Shown here: piece after piece, positions 42,195 to 56,597 of the stretch | Layout: the number at the start of each line of letters is the position of its first letter | Numbering within the stretch: the stretch's first letter is position 1 | Assembly: GCA_951406725.2 (NCBI GenBank) | Contig: OX597835.1 | Location: 27,094,001 to 27,158,000 of the forward strand | Reading direction: 5' to 3' | DNA length: 64,000 nt | Origin: Octopus vulgaris | Lineage: Eukaryota | Made by a program: the position numbers and the translations under genes | The notes under the pieces: model-generated | Told to the model about the DNA's origin: nothing | Databases searched by the model: none | The model's input: the letters and a program-made list of their open reading frames with translations, nothing else

Positions 42195-42897
42195 CAGATT
42201 GTAGATTGTTACTTTGCAAAAACGAATATATAGACGCAGGCATGGCTATTTGGTGAACAAGCTCGGTTTGTTTCACGTCGTGTCTTGTTCAGACTGACTG
42301 CGCAGCACCTCGGTCGAGTATCTTCTACTATAGCCCCCGAGCCGACAAATGTTCTGTGAGTGAATTTGGTAGACGGAAACTACAAAGAAGCCCATGATTC
42401 TTATGTAGCATTTACGTTTTTAATGCTGTCGCCACCGCCGGAGTGAATCATACTGACCAGGTGTCGAAACAACTGTGATATCCAATAGGCAGCTGATGAT
42501 GGGAACATATGACTGATATGCTTGTTGTCAGTGAAACTTTTCAGATTGTAGATTGTTACTTTACAAAAACGAATATATAGGCGCGGGCATGGCTATTTGG
42601 TGAACAAGCTCGGTTTGTTTCACGTCGTGTCTTGTTCAGACTCACTGCGCAGCACCTTGGTCGAGTATCTTCTACTATAGCCGCCCCCTCCCCCGAGCGG
42701 ACAAATGCTCTGTGAGTGAATTTGGTAGACGGAAACTACAAAGAAGCCCATGATTCTCATGTAGTATTTACTTTTTTAATGCTGTCGCCACCGCCGGAGT
42801 GAACCGCACTGACCAGGTGTCGAAACAACTGTGATATTCATTAGGCAGCTGATGATGGGAACATATGACTGATATGCTTGTTGTCAGTGAAACTTTT
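42195..42897 (+). repeat. Tandem duplication of a ~350-bp unit containing a decayed SINE A head
   Basis: 42195-42541 and 42542-42897 are near-identical. Confidence 0.95.
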
Positions 42898-43194
42898 ATA
42901 TCTCGGCGTCTCATTATACTGCGTTGGTTCTCATTCTCGTCAAACATGTCAAAGGGTTCATGGTTTACGGTGACTGTGTTGTTTATACTAGTATGTATCT
43001 TGATACAGCAGCATTCATTTCATTGGTAATCTAATTATGCTGGGATAATAATTAAGGGTTTCTATGCTGGGGATGTTCTCTGGTATATACGTGTACCTGT
43101 GTCTGTGCATCCGTATGTATATGTATATATCTATACAAGTATATGTCTATGATTATATATATGTATGTGTGTGTGTGTGTATTATATATAATTA

Positions 43195-43620
43195 CTCTTT
43201 TACTCTTTTACTCTTTCACTTGTTTCAGTCATTTGACTGTGGCCATGCTAGAGCACCGATTTTAGTCGAGCAAATCGACCCCAGTGCTTATTCTTTGTAA
43301 CCCTAGTACTTATTCTATTAGCCTCTTTTGCTGAACCGCTAAGTTACGGGGACGTAAACACACGAGCATCGGTTACCAAGCAATGTTTGGGTGGGTGGGG
43401 GACAAACACAGACACACAAACATATGCACACACATGTATATACATACATATACATATACGACGGGCTTCTTCCAGTTTCCGTCTGCCAATTCCACTCACA
43501 AGGCTTTGGTCGGCCCGAGACTATAGTAGAAAACAATGGGCCCAAGGTGCCACGCAGTGGAATTGAACCCAGGACTGTGTGGTTGGTAAGCAAGCTACTT
43601 ACCACACAGCCACTCCTGCA
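43195..43620 (-). mobile_element. SINE type A, full length
   Basis: All modules visible. Confidence 0.9.
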
Positions 43621-43648
43621 TCTATATATATTTTTATGAGTTACAAAT

Positions 43649-43715
<67 letters not shown>

Positions 43716-44289
43716 TAGACACATGTACTTAACATAGATGAGCCAGCAAGGGAAAGCTTATGGTTTCAAAGTTTCGCTCAGAAGCGGCTCTTTGAGCTGC
43801 TGTTTGCAAAGAAAACTTTCCTCGGAAGTTGGCCTTAATGTCAATATTTGTATCAAATATTAGACTCTAGAACTAACATTAAGCCCTAGCGTTTATGAGT
43901 GCGTGTGTGTGTGTGTGTTTATGTATATATGTATATATACTTATGTATATGTTTATATACTTATGTATATATGTATGTATATACTTATGTATATATGTAT
44001 GTATATACTTATGCATGTGTATATATATATATATTTATACATTAATCTTTATATTTTTATAATTATATATATATATATATATATACATATTTATACATAC
44101 ACGCACATGCACATATATACATATATGTGTGTGTGTGTGTGTGCAATAAGTGTATGTATGTATCTGTGCGCGTGTGCTGTGTGGGGGGGATTCAAAGCTA
44201 TACTCATTTAGATTTGTATATACACGTATATATGCATATTTACATACATATATACATACAAATATATTTATGTATGTATGTGTTGGATG

Positions 44290-44371
<82 letters not shown>

Positions 44372-44385
44372 TAGATAGATAGATA

Positions 44386-44482
44386 TGTTTCTTTATTAGC
44401 CACACAGGGCTGCACACAGATAGAACAAATTACAAGGTAGAGCTTTTCTTTTGGAGGTAAAAAAAAAAGGGGGGGGTCGATC
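44386..44482 (-). mobile_element. Extreme 3' end of the Tx1-like LINE seen at 63017-64000, embedded in (GATA)n
   Basis: Nearly identical to 63017-63085; (GATA)n on both sides. Confidence 0.85.
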
Positions 44483-44529
<47 letters not shown>

Positions 44530-44744
44530 CAGACAGAAACAGATTAGCTTGCCGAACTAAATAACATATTCGTCCGTTAATTAGTAAAATTAATTAATGC
44601 AATTACATGCTGAGTTTCCTGAGCTAAAAATACTGGTTACTTTATATTCAACGAACATGCCTGGTCTTCTCTCTCTCTCTCTAGCAAATAGAAAACAGAA
44701 GCTAGACGCTTGGTTACAATGTCGGGGTTCTTTTGACTAGATTC

Positions 44745-45205
<461 letters not shown>

Positions 45206-45214
45206 ACGTCAACA

Positions 45215-45395
45215 TTCTTTCCTACTCTAGGCACAAGGTCTGAAATTTTGGGTGAAGTGGGACGGGGCCAGTCGATTAGATCGACCCCAGTGCGTAACTG
45301 GTACTTAATTTATCGACACCGAAAGGATGAAAGGCAAAGTCGACCTTGGCGGAATTTGAACACAGAACTTAAAGACAGACGAAATCGGCGAAAGC
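45215..45395 (-). mobile_element. SINE type M (tail 2)
   Basis: Meta-like core. Confidence 0.8.
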
Positions 45396-45824
45396 GATTG
45401 ATAAAATAAATTAATGCCAGCCTTTTTTTTGGGGGGGTTTTGTAAAGTAAGCTCGGTGGTCAATTCGTTCGACTAAAACCCTTAAAGGTGGTGCTCCAGC
45501 ATGGCTACAGTCCAGAGACTGAAACGAGTAAAAGATATGCGATAAAAAGAAACTGGTCAGAACTGGTTTTAACTTATCTACGATCAAACGCATGTGGCGT
45601 CCTATCCTGTCTTTCGTCACTGACCCACTGGGGAATTTCCCAGTGGATTTGGTTGCTACTTCTAGCAGGTGGAGCGGCTATGTAAGCGTCCAAGTATAGA
45701 CTCGTGATAACACGCCAGACAAAATGCTTAGCGGTATTTCCTCCGTTTTTATGCCCTGAGTTAAAATTCCGCCGAGGTCGATTGGTCGACTTTACCTTTC
45801 ATCTTTTCGGGGTCGTGTATGTAT

Positions 45825-46060
45825 CTAACAGAGACACTCGAATCGGAAAGATTTCAGGTTTTCCATAAATCTTGAGTAAGTAGTCCATGACTCGTAACCA
45901 AACAACAATTTACTAACGGCACATTTTTCGCGGATTTTGATTTTTATATTAAGAAATTTATTTGGCTTTGTTTTGTTTTTGGATTTTTTGCAAGTTTTAT
46001 GACTGTTTTTTCGAGAGTCTTCAGAAAGACGCCCATCGTTCGAAATCACACAAGAATTTT
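45825..46060 (-). pseudogene. RTE-clade LINE remnant
   Basis: AVSKLLFGYESWTTYSRFMENLKSFRFECL resembles the RTE LLYGCETWT...FHQRCL region. Confidence 0.6.
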
Positions 46061-46324
46061 CCCGTAGTTCATTCTCATAGATTCTGAATTTAGTTTATTA
46101 TATTGACCATTTTGGGGGTGTTTTTTTTTTGCTAGTTTTGTGACCGTTTGAGGAATTCTGCATTTTCATAAGTTTTAAGGAAGTTATCCATAATTTGGAA
46201 CCATACTGCAATTTGCTAACTACACATTTTAATAGATCCTGATTTTTGTGTTTATATTAAGCATTCTTTTTTAAAGTTCTGCGATCATTTGAGGAATTTC
46301 ATTTTTTTTTTTCATAACTGGAAT

Positions 46325-46650
46325 AACCGGTACTCCGTCGGTTACGATGATGATGGTTCCAGTTGATACGATCAACGGAGCTACCTGCTCATGAAATCAC
46401 CGTGCAAGTGGCTGAGTACTCCACAGACACGCGTACCCTTAACTTAGTCCTCAGATAGATTCAGCTCGACACAGAATGTGACAAGGCTGGCCCCTTTGAA
46501 ATACGGGTGTTACTCATTTTTGTCAGCTGAGTGGACTGAAGCAACGTGAAATAAAGTGTCTTGCTCAAGGAAACATTGCACTGCCAGGAATCGAACTTAC
46601 GACCTTGAGATCGTGAGCCGAAATCCCTAACCACTAAACCACACGCCTGT
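46325..46650 (-). mobile_element. SINE with type B head/CORE-like segment and type C 3' module
   Basis: 46510-46650 matches type B; 46325-46505 matches 25690-25865. Confidence 0.8.
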
Positions 46651-46724
46651 CTTGAGTAAACCCCATAAAATTCAGATAATGTATTAAGAGTGCATTCTTC
46701 ATTGATCCTCATCTTGATGTTTAT

Positions 46725-47131
46725 ATACTCTCTTTACTCTTTACTCTTTACTCTTTTACTTGTTTCAGTCATTTGACTGCGGCCATGCTGGAGACCGCCT
46801 TTAATCGAGCAACTCGACCTTGGGACTTATTCTTTTGTAAGCCCAGTACTTACTCTATCGGACTCTTTTGCCGAACCGCTAAGTTACGGGGACATAAACA
46901 CACCAGCATCGGTTGTCAAGCAATGCTAGGGGGACAAACACACACACGAATATATATATATATATTTACGACGGGCTTCTTTCAGTTTCCGTCTACCAAA
47001 TCCACTCACAAGGCTTTGGTCGGCCCGAGGCTATAGTAGAAGACACTTGCCCAAGGTGCCACGCAGTGGGACTGAACCCGGAACCATGTGGCTGGTAGAC
47101 AAGCTACTTACCACACAGCCACTCCTGCGCC
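46725..47131 (-). mobile_element. SINE type A, full length
   Basis: All modules visible. Confidence 0.9.
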
Positions 47132-47729
47132 TTAAGAGTTTTGTTTTGTTTTTCGCTGCGTTTAGATTTTTTTTTTTGAGGAATTCAGCTTTTCCGTGTG
47201 TCTTGAACAAGTTATGCATAGTGTTACAACTGAGTTTGCCTATCCCAACATTCCCAATATTGATTTCATTTCAATATTTTTTTAATTATCACTCCCTTTC
47301 TTTTCCAAACCCTTTCATAACGCCTCCTGCCACCGCCATTTTTGCTATGATTCATTGCACCTCCGCTCATTTTTAACGATGCGCATACCCGTAAACATCA
47401 GGTCAAATTAATTTAATTCCGGGTACTAGCTTGATGCGCTTTACTATTTATCATAGCACCCATCCTACTATTTTTTTTGTCGTTTACTTGTTTTAGTAAT
47501 TGGACTGCAGTCATGGCTGGAGCGCCGTCTTAAAAGATTTCAGTCGAATAAATCGCCCCTAATACATATTTTTAAGTCTGGTGCTTCTGTCGTTCTCTTT
47601 TGCCGCACCGCTAGCATACAGGAACGTAAACAAATTAACACCGGTCGCCAAGCAGCGAAGACACAAAGACACACACACATACACACACTCACACACATTC
47701 ATACATACATACATACATACATACATACA

Positions 47730-47761
<32 letters not shown>

Positions 47762-47838
47762 GCCATATAGATACATAGACATATACAGAGAGGGAGGGAG
47801 AGAGAGAGAGAGAGAGAGAGAGATGAAGGAATTGGTAA

Positions 47839-47969
47839 GAATGGCTTTTTCGATAATTTTCCCACTTTAATAATTAGAAGTTTATAAACCATTGTGTGAT
47901 TTGTAAGCACCTAATGGTTTACAAGCATATAATTATTGAAGTAGAGAAATTATGGGAGAAAAGCCATTC
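47839..47969. mobile_element. Fold-back (MITE-like) imperfect hairpin
   Basis: GAATGGCTTTT..TAATAATTA..TAAACCATT / AATGGTTTA..TAATTATT..AAAAGCCATTC. Confidence 0.55.
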
Positions 47970-48368
47970 CTGTTCATATTTTCAAATATATAATACTGTA
48001 CCGAGAGATATATCTTTTTCAAATCCTATTATGTATGTGTGTGTGAGGAGGTGAATAAGGTAAAATGCTTCCTACATATGTTTCTTAACTAGCTGAAGGT
48101 CGTAACGTAATTGTTATGCAATAAGCTACGCTCACCGTAGCTAATCATCAGGCTGAAATTGCCTTAATTAAACGAACGTTACATTGTCACCCAGAACTTC
48201 CGAGCCAGCCACACCATAGTGGTGAGTTCAACTGAATAGAAAAACCAGTAGTAAACAATAGAAAAAACATGCAATTGTATTTTATCATATACTGTCCACT
48301 TTTTGTTCTCTATACCTTCCACCCACTGCTTGAAGCTTATCAACTTTCTACACTCGAATCCCCAGATC

Positions 48369-48429
<61 letters not shown>

Positions 48430-48434
48430 GTATA

Positions 48435-48470
<36 letters not shown>

Positions 48471-48569
48471 TGTATGTATGTATATAACAGAAAATAAAGG
48501 AATTCTCGAACACAGGATGGCTGTGAAGACAGCTAAGACAATGGGGTAAATACCCTTTAGACGACCATC

Positions 48570-50391
48570 ATCATCATCATCATCATACCACTACGAACAC
48601 CACAGTCACCTCCATCACCACCTTCAATACTACAAACACTACCACCACCACCATCACCATCACCACCATCATCATCATCACCATTACCACCAACAACAAC
48701 ACCACCACCACCACCATCACCACCATCAACACCTTCACCACCAACACCAGCACCATAACCTCCACCAACACCAACACCAACACCAACAACATCAACAACA
48801 ACAGCAACACCACCAATATTACCATCATCACCATCATCACCAACACCACCACCATCATAACCACCAACACCACCACCACTACCAACAACAAAACCATCAC
48901 CACAACGATCACCACCACCACTACCAACACCACCACCAACAACACCACCACCATCAATACTATCCTCACCACCAGCACACCATCGTCAAAGCAACCATCA
49001 CCAACACCACCAACACCAACACCAACACCACTACTACTACTACCATCACAACCACCACCACCACCATCACCACCGTAGTCCCTAACCACATTCATTTAGA
49101 ATTTCTAATCAGTAAAATACAATCCCGCATTCTCCGTCTTTTAGCCTGAAGACTGGGGGTTCTTTCAAATCCATCCATCCAACTGTGATACCAGAATCCG
49201 TCGTCTGGGATTGGCACTTTGCTGATCACGTGATACAAGTTGATTACAAGTACGTCCCCTACAGCCGCTCCTACAAGAAGTGATTGACACGATCTTTTCC
49301 TAGTCATGCAAAGCCTTATCATCAGAGTGCAACGCAATGAAGACACGTAATACATCACAGAGAAGCACCGCTCTTGTTTACATCATCTTGGCCAAATGCC
49401 TATTGCGAATATCTTTCATCATGTCTTTTATCTGATTTTCTTGATTCGGTCGTTAAGACTGCGGCCATGCTGGGGCACCGCCTTGAAGAACTTTTGTTGA
49501 ATGTATCGACTCCAATACACTACCAACACCACTACTAACAACAACACCACCACCACCATTACCACCACCAACACCATCACCAACAACACCATCACCACAA
49601 CCATCGCCACCACCACTACCACCACCACCACCACCACCAACACCATTACCACCAACACCACCAACACCACCATCAATACTATCACCACCCCCAGTTGTTT
49701 CTAAAGGCTGGTATCAATCGTTTCCTTTTTTCCGAACCGCTAGGTTACCGGGACGTAAACACACCAACACCGTGTGCCCACACACATATACATGTGTGTG
49801 TTTGTCACAGGCTTCTTTTAGTTTCTGTCTGCTGCATCGCCGCCACAATCATCACCACCACCACCCCTACCAGCACCAGCACCATCATCACCATGGTGGT
49901 GGCGGCGATGTTGGTGCTGGGTGCAATGATAGACGTGTTGGTGGCAGTGGGGGTTGTTGGAGGAGGTCTCGGGTATGTAGTTGGCGGCGGCGATGATGTA
50001 GATGGCGTTGCAGGTGATGGATGGTAGTGGTGCTGGTGGTAGTGACAAAGAGGTGGGAAAGGGTAGCAGCGGTGGTCATTCCTATTCGGGGTTTGGTAAT
50101 TATAGCATCACCGTTATAATCATCATCACCATCATCTTCATCGTTATCATCGTCATTATCATCATCATCATCATCATCATCACTGTCACCACCATCACCA
50201 CCACCACCATCATCATCATCATTATCACCGTCATCACCGTTATAATCATCATCACCATCATCGTCATCATTATCATCATCATCGTCATCATTATCATCAT
50301 CATCATCATCATTGTCACCACCATTACCATCATTATCATCATCACCGTTATAATCATCATCATCATTATCATCATCATTGTCACCACCATG

Positions 50392-50425
<34 letters not shown>

Positions 50426-50490
50426 CCATCGTCATCATCGTTACAATCATCATCATCATTGTAATCATCATCATCATCGTCATCATCACG
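48570..50490. repeat. Degenerate (CAC/CAA/CAT)n trinucleotide tracts
   Basis: 48570-49075, 49515-49690 and 50105-50490. Confidence 0.85.
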
Positions 50491-51446
50491 TTAGTTTAGT
50501 GGTGTTTGTTGTGTGGTGGGGGTAGATGGGGTGGGTGATGTGGGGTGGGGGTGATTGTTGTCGGTGAGTGATGACAGGCATCTCCTGTGTCATCAGTAGC
50601 AGGAATAGGTGCAGGAGTGTGTGTAGAGGGGGGTTAGGGGTTGAGGGGGGTTAGGGGTTAAGGGGAGGTTGATTTAGGGGTTAGGATAGTTAAAGGAGAG
50701 ATGAAAGCCAGCAAAACCGATGAGCTACAAGACGGGTAGATGAGTAAGGGACAGACAGACAGACAGGCAGACAGGCAGGCAGACAGGCAGACAGACAGAC
50801 AGGCAGAGAGCACTGGAAGAAGTGGGTTAGTGAGAGGAACGTTATGAATGAAGGATGAGGGGGGGTAAAAATTGCTGGTGGTGGTGGTGGTGGTGGTGGG
50901 TGGTGTGTGGTGTGAGGGGTGCCGGTGGATAAACGGGTAAGGGGTGGGGGTTGTTAACGAGATAAGAAACAAGCTACAGTGATAATTAACGCGCGAAGGA
51001 ATAGGAAACGAGAGAGAGAATGAGTGAAGAAGGATTGAGCTGACAGAAGGAAGGGTGTGAACGCGTGTGTGTGTGTGTGTGTGTGTGTGTTTGGATGCGT
51101 GTATTTGTGTGTGTGTGTGTGCGTATAAACATACACATACATGCGCACATATACGCATATATACTTGCATATCCACATGCATATAAATACATGCATATAT
51201 ATATATGTATATATATGTGTGTATATATATGTGTATATATATGTATGTATGTATGTATGTGTGTATATATGTATATACATAGATGGGGGGGGGGGGGCAA
51301 GGGGGCAGAGATGTGCGGATAAGGAGGCAGAGAGCAAAATGCAGAAAAAGAGAGCGAAAAGTGAGAGAGATGTCGAGGAGGAGGGTATATAGTTAATAGA
51401 AAAAATAGCGGAAGCAAGAAAGACAGACAGACAGACACAGAAAGAG

Positions 51447-51484
<38 letters not shown>

Positions 51485-51763
51485 CGTTGGAGAGTGAGAG
51501 AGTGACGCGGCTGAATAATGGTTATTCCAGTCTCTGCTGAGTCATACCGAGTTGTCTTGTCAGGCCAGTTCCGACTACTACTATTACTACTACTACTACT
51601 ACCATCACTAGCATCACCGTATTATTCCTCACACACACACACACGCATACATACACACGCATACACACACACACACACACAAATCGTATCATTCTCTATT
51701 TTTCTGTCTAGTTTTCAGTTTCCCTTTCACTATCTACCTTTATACGTGCAATAAAAATATGTG

Positions 51764-51813
<50 letters not shown>

Positions 51814-52209
51814 TGTGTATGCATGCACACTCGTGTGTGTGTGTGTGTGGCGGAAACAGATTTGTGAATAACGGTGAAAGGAATCAGCTATATCATATGC
51901 AATGCTTATCTTTGTGTCTGTGCATCTTTGCGTAGCTATCTATCTATCTGTCTGTCTGTCTGTCAGTCTGTCTGTCTATCTATCTGACTGTTTGACTGTC
52001 TGCCTGTCTATCTATTTATCTATCCATCTATCCATTTATCTATCTGTCTGTCTCTCTGTCTGTTTGTCTCTCTGTCTGTCTATTTATCTATCTACCTGTC
52101 GGTCCGTCCGGCTACTAATTTATCTATCTATCTACCTATCTATGAATCTATCTATCTCTCCATCCATCCATCCATCCATCCATCCATCCATCCATCTATT
52201 CACCCATCC

Positions 52210-52289
<80 letters not shown>

Positions 52290-52424
52290 ACCTACTTATC
52301 TATTCATCTATCTGTCTACCTATCCATCTATCCATCCCTCCATCTATCCACCCATCCATCCATCTATCTACCTACCTACCCATCTGTCTATCTGTCTATC
52401 TGTCTGTCCGTCTGTCTGTCTGTC

Positions 52425-52600
52425 TGAGGTTCTCAACCGGGATCCATATAAGACTTTGTCGTTAAAATTTTATGCGAAATAAATTGGTTATACTTTTACA
52501 TTAGACAAAATATTTTAACACTTTTCCGTACAATTTCCAATAATATTTAATTATGTTTTTAAAAAAACAATAGGCTTTCTTTAAACATCGAATGGCTATG
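52425..52600 (+). mobile_element. Possible hAT non-autonomous terminal fragment
   Basis: GAGGTTCTCAACCGGG resembles the Charlie-type terminus CAGTGGTTCTCAACC. Confidence 0.35.
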
Positions 52601-52839
52601 GATAGATAGACAGGCTGCCAAACAGACAGTGCGACAGACAGATAGGGAGAGAGGGACAGAGAGAGAGTGAGAGAGAGAGGGGCAGAGAGAGAGAGAGAGA
52701 GAGAGAGAAACTACACACGTGCTGTTGGTGATTTTTTTTTCCTTTGGAATGTTCCTTTGCTCGAAACATCAAAATCTCGCTCTTTTTACTCAGCGTCAAA
52801 CTATACTTTGCTTGTGTGTGTGTGTGTGTGTGTGTGTGT

Positions 52840-53170
52840 GAAGGCGCATGGTTCAGTAGCTAGAGCGACGAGCTTACCATCATGAGGTTGTGAGTTCGAA
52901 TCCCGGACCGGTCTGCGTGTTGTGTTCTTGAGCAAGACACTTTATTTCACGATGCTCCAGTTCACTCAGCTGTAGAAATGTGTTGCGATGTCACTGGTGC
53001 CAAGCAGTATCAGCTTTACCTTTCCCTCGGGATGGCAAAGGCTGATACAGTGGCATGGTGAGGGAAGTCTGGTATGCATGGGCGACTGCTGGTCTTCCAT
53101 AAACAATCTTGCCTGGACTTGTGCCTTCTTGGTGCAATCCCATGGTCAGTCATGACCGAAGGGGGTCTCA
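52840..53170 (+). mobile_element. SINE type B, near full length
   Basis: GAGTTCGAATCCC B box, CORE-like segment, 3' end CATGACCGAAGGGGGTCT; second partial copy at 53290-53425. Confidence 0.85.
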
Positions 53171-53173
53171 TCT

Positions 53174-53294
<121 letters not shown>

Positions 53295-53819
53295 TGGTTA
53301 GGATGTTAGACTCATGATTGTAAGATTGTGGTTTCGATTTCTGAACCTGGCAACGCGTTGTATTCTTGAGCAATGCACTTCATTTCACGTTGTTCCAACC
53401 CACTCAGCTGACAAAAATGAGTAATCGACTTCAGGACTTATTCTTTGTAAGCCTAGTACTTATTTATCGGGGTTTTGTGCCGAACTGTATATATGTAGGT
53501 AGGTAGGTTATCAAGCGTTCCGTCCGGGTGGTAAATATATACACCATGGTAATCGGGAGATTGGCCCTTATGAGTTGGCATGGCTCGAGAAGAATATAAT
53601 ATAGATTCAGTTGAATTAGATACTTAAATTGAGGTAACTACTCCCATTCATCCCTCCACACCACTCTAGCCTATGCTAATTTCTGGTCTGTCTAGCTGTG
53701 CTGTCCATTTTTCATTATACCCAAAAATTTAGCGGCGAAATCATTGTGAATATTTGCTCTCTATTCATAGAATGTATATGTTTAAATATTTAACATGTTC
53801 TTTTTGGTTGAAGTTTATG

Positions 53820-53911
53820 CAGTCATCTGATGAGAACGGTTTTCTTTTATAATGTTGTAAGGCTTTTATTGATCATTTAAAGGAGGCGCTCGAAACGGCC
53901 GTAATGAATTG
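53820..53911 (+). ncRNA. Minimal type I hammerhead ribozyme motif
   Basis: UCAU-CUGAUGA-GAACG...CGCUC-GAAA-CGGCCG-UA-AUGA: intact core boxes, palindromic stem III, GUA cleavage triplet. Confidence 0.7.
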
Positions 53912-53937
53912 AAACTTTTGCATCTTTGTTACTCATT

Positions 53938-53968
<31 letters not shown>

Positions 53969-54133
53969 CATCATTTAATTGTTTCATTAATGTGACTGCA
54001 GTTACGTTGGGGTTCGACCTTGAAGGGTTTTAGTCGAAGAAATCGATCCCAATACATTTATTTTCTAAGTTTGGTATTTATTCTAGCGGTCTCAGGAACA
54101 CAAAGGGAACAGATGACAACAACAACAACACAC

Positions 54134-54208
<75 letters not shown>

Positions 54209-54378
54209 TTTCTATATCCGTGTATGCATATACATGGGAAAAATTTACAACCTTCTATGTCAATAAACCACTATTATTCCTGAATGTTGTTTTTTAATAT
54301 TCATTCTACGGACTGCTCGAAGTTTACTAACTTTCTACACTTTGATCCTTGGATCTAGCCTTTACATACACGCGCTGA

Positions 54379-54468
<90 letters not shown>

Positions 54469-54619
54469 CACATAGACACATGCATATATATTTATATTGT
54501 GTTCGATTTAACTAGTTATGGGTATGAGTATGAAAAACGGCATATCTCTGCCAAGCTATTGTCGAGCCAGAGTGGCTGAAGTAGGCTCATCAAACCACTC
54601 TGATCTCAAGCTCAAATTC

Positions 54620-54693
54620 ACAGCCTCCACATAAACCAAGCTCTCTCCATCAACCACGATTGATGGAGAGAACTTGGTTTATGTGGGGGCTGT
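54620..54693. other. 34-bp stem / 6-nt loop hairpin (pre-miRNA-like or fold-back)
   Basis: ACAGCCTCCACATAAACCAAGCTCTCTCCATCAA-CCACGA-TTGATGGAGAGAACTTGGTTTATGTGGGGGCTGT; one wobble and one mismatch. Confidence 0.85.
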
Positions 54694-54738
54694 CTCGGCA
54701 ATTCAATCCAATCCGATCCAAAATTTATATACAACTCG

Positions 54739-54774
<36 letters not shown>

Positions 54775-54812
54775 GGAGAGAGAGACAGAGAGAGACAGAG
54801 AGACAGAGAGAC

Positions 54813-54843
<31 letters not shown>

Positions 54844-55000
54844 AGACAGACACACAGAGACACAGATAGACAGACAGACAGAGACAGAGACAGAGAGAAA
54901 TAGGTAGATATATATGTATACACACATATGCACACTCACACACATAATATATTTATATTTATGAATTTTTATTTATATATATATATATGTATACACATAC

Positions 55001-55076
<76 letters not shown>

Positions 55077-55812
55077 ATGTATACAAATAAATATATAACA
55101 TAGGGATGTGTATATGCGCATATACGCCAGTGTGTGTGCGTTTGTGCGCGTGTGTGCACGCGCGTCTGTGAGCATGCGTGTGTGTGAGTAAGAGAAAGAG
55201 GTGTGCGAGAAGAGAGAGAAAGAGAGAAAATGAATATTTTGGATGAACGCATCCACTTCTAAGAAAAAGGCTTAAAAGTAAAAAAAAAAAATATTGTAAA
55301 GATATTTACATAATTCTTTTTACACAAACAAATTTTTGCTGCCATTAAAATCTAAAGAAGAAAAAAATATTTGAGCCAATGTTAAAGCGAATAACTTTAC
55401 ACTCGAGAGAATAATTTTCACATTGAAAACTCTGAAGAAAATTTTCAGAAAATCTACTGTTTGTAATAAACATTATGTTTAATCATTATAATTAGCTTAT
55501 ATTTTTGTTATTATCATTGTGAACTGTTCGAAATTCAAATGAATTATTTACAATCGTTTAAATATATTCAAACGAAGAAAATTAAATTAAAGCTGCTTGA
55601 AAATCCTATCAGAAAATCATGGGGAAAATGTCGACTTAATCACTGAAATGTATTCTATTTTGATGGAAAGTTCCAGATATGTAAAAATAATTTTCGAAAC
55701 CAATTTATTAACCGTGATGTATTAAGTATTAAAGTCACCGCTTTTATGCGATTGTAGAATTGATCGCGTATAATGAACAGGAGTGCCGTAGCGGAAACAG
55801 ATTAGTGTTAAT

Positions 55813-55911
<99 letters not shown>

Positions 55912-56094
55912 GTATTTATATAAATATATATGCAAAATACACAGATATATGTATGTATGTTTGTATGTATGTTTGTATGTATGTAAATATATATATATAT
56001 ATATTATTCTAATTATATATTTTGCATTCTATTATCTATATACATATCTTTCTATATGTGTGTATATTCATACATGCATATGCATATATAAATA

Positions 56095-56159
<65 letters not shown>

Positions 56160-56386
56160 TGTACGTGTGTGTGTATCGTGTAAATACAGTGAACAATAAA
56201 AGCGTCAACAGAGGAGAGGCAATGTATAATAAGTACAGTATCAACTTAACATTTGAATGATAAAAGAAGATACCATAACATTTCGGACGTCAAACATTCA
56301 TCAGAAGAAAGAAGAAAGCATAGAGAGAATGAAAATGACGAAAGTGAGAAAAAAGCACACACACACACACACACACACCACACACA

Positions 56387-56427
<41 letters not shown>

Positions 56428-56439
56428 ACACAAATATAT

Positions 56440-56597
56440 AGTCACTCAAAATAATAAAGGAGCACTGGTAGAATGTTCCGGTGAAGACCTCAATAAAACG
56501 TAAGCACAACAGACCTGATATAACGATTTGGGATAGAGAAGAGAAACTGTGCACAGTTGTGGAAATTAGCTGCCAAGCGGATGTTAACATAAAGCTG
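56440..56597 (+). pseudogene. R4/Dong-like endonuclease fragment
   Basis: KHNRPDITIWDREEKLCTVVEISCQADVNI (PD..D/E motif). Confidence 0.7.

Noticed and set aside
49092-49410. Non-repetitive 88-aa minus-strand ORF
   Set aside because: No recognisable motif and no good splice-site pair
48583-50499. Mucin-like poly-Thr or hydrophobic poly-Val/Ile ORFs
   Set aside because: Degenerate CAC/CAT repeats; one tract interrupts a SINE A remnant (49430-49830), so non-coding origin is more likely
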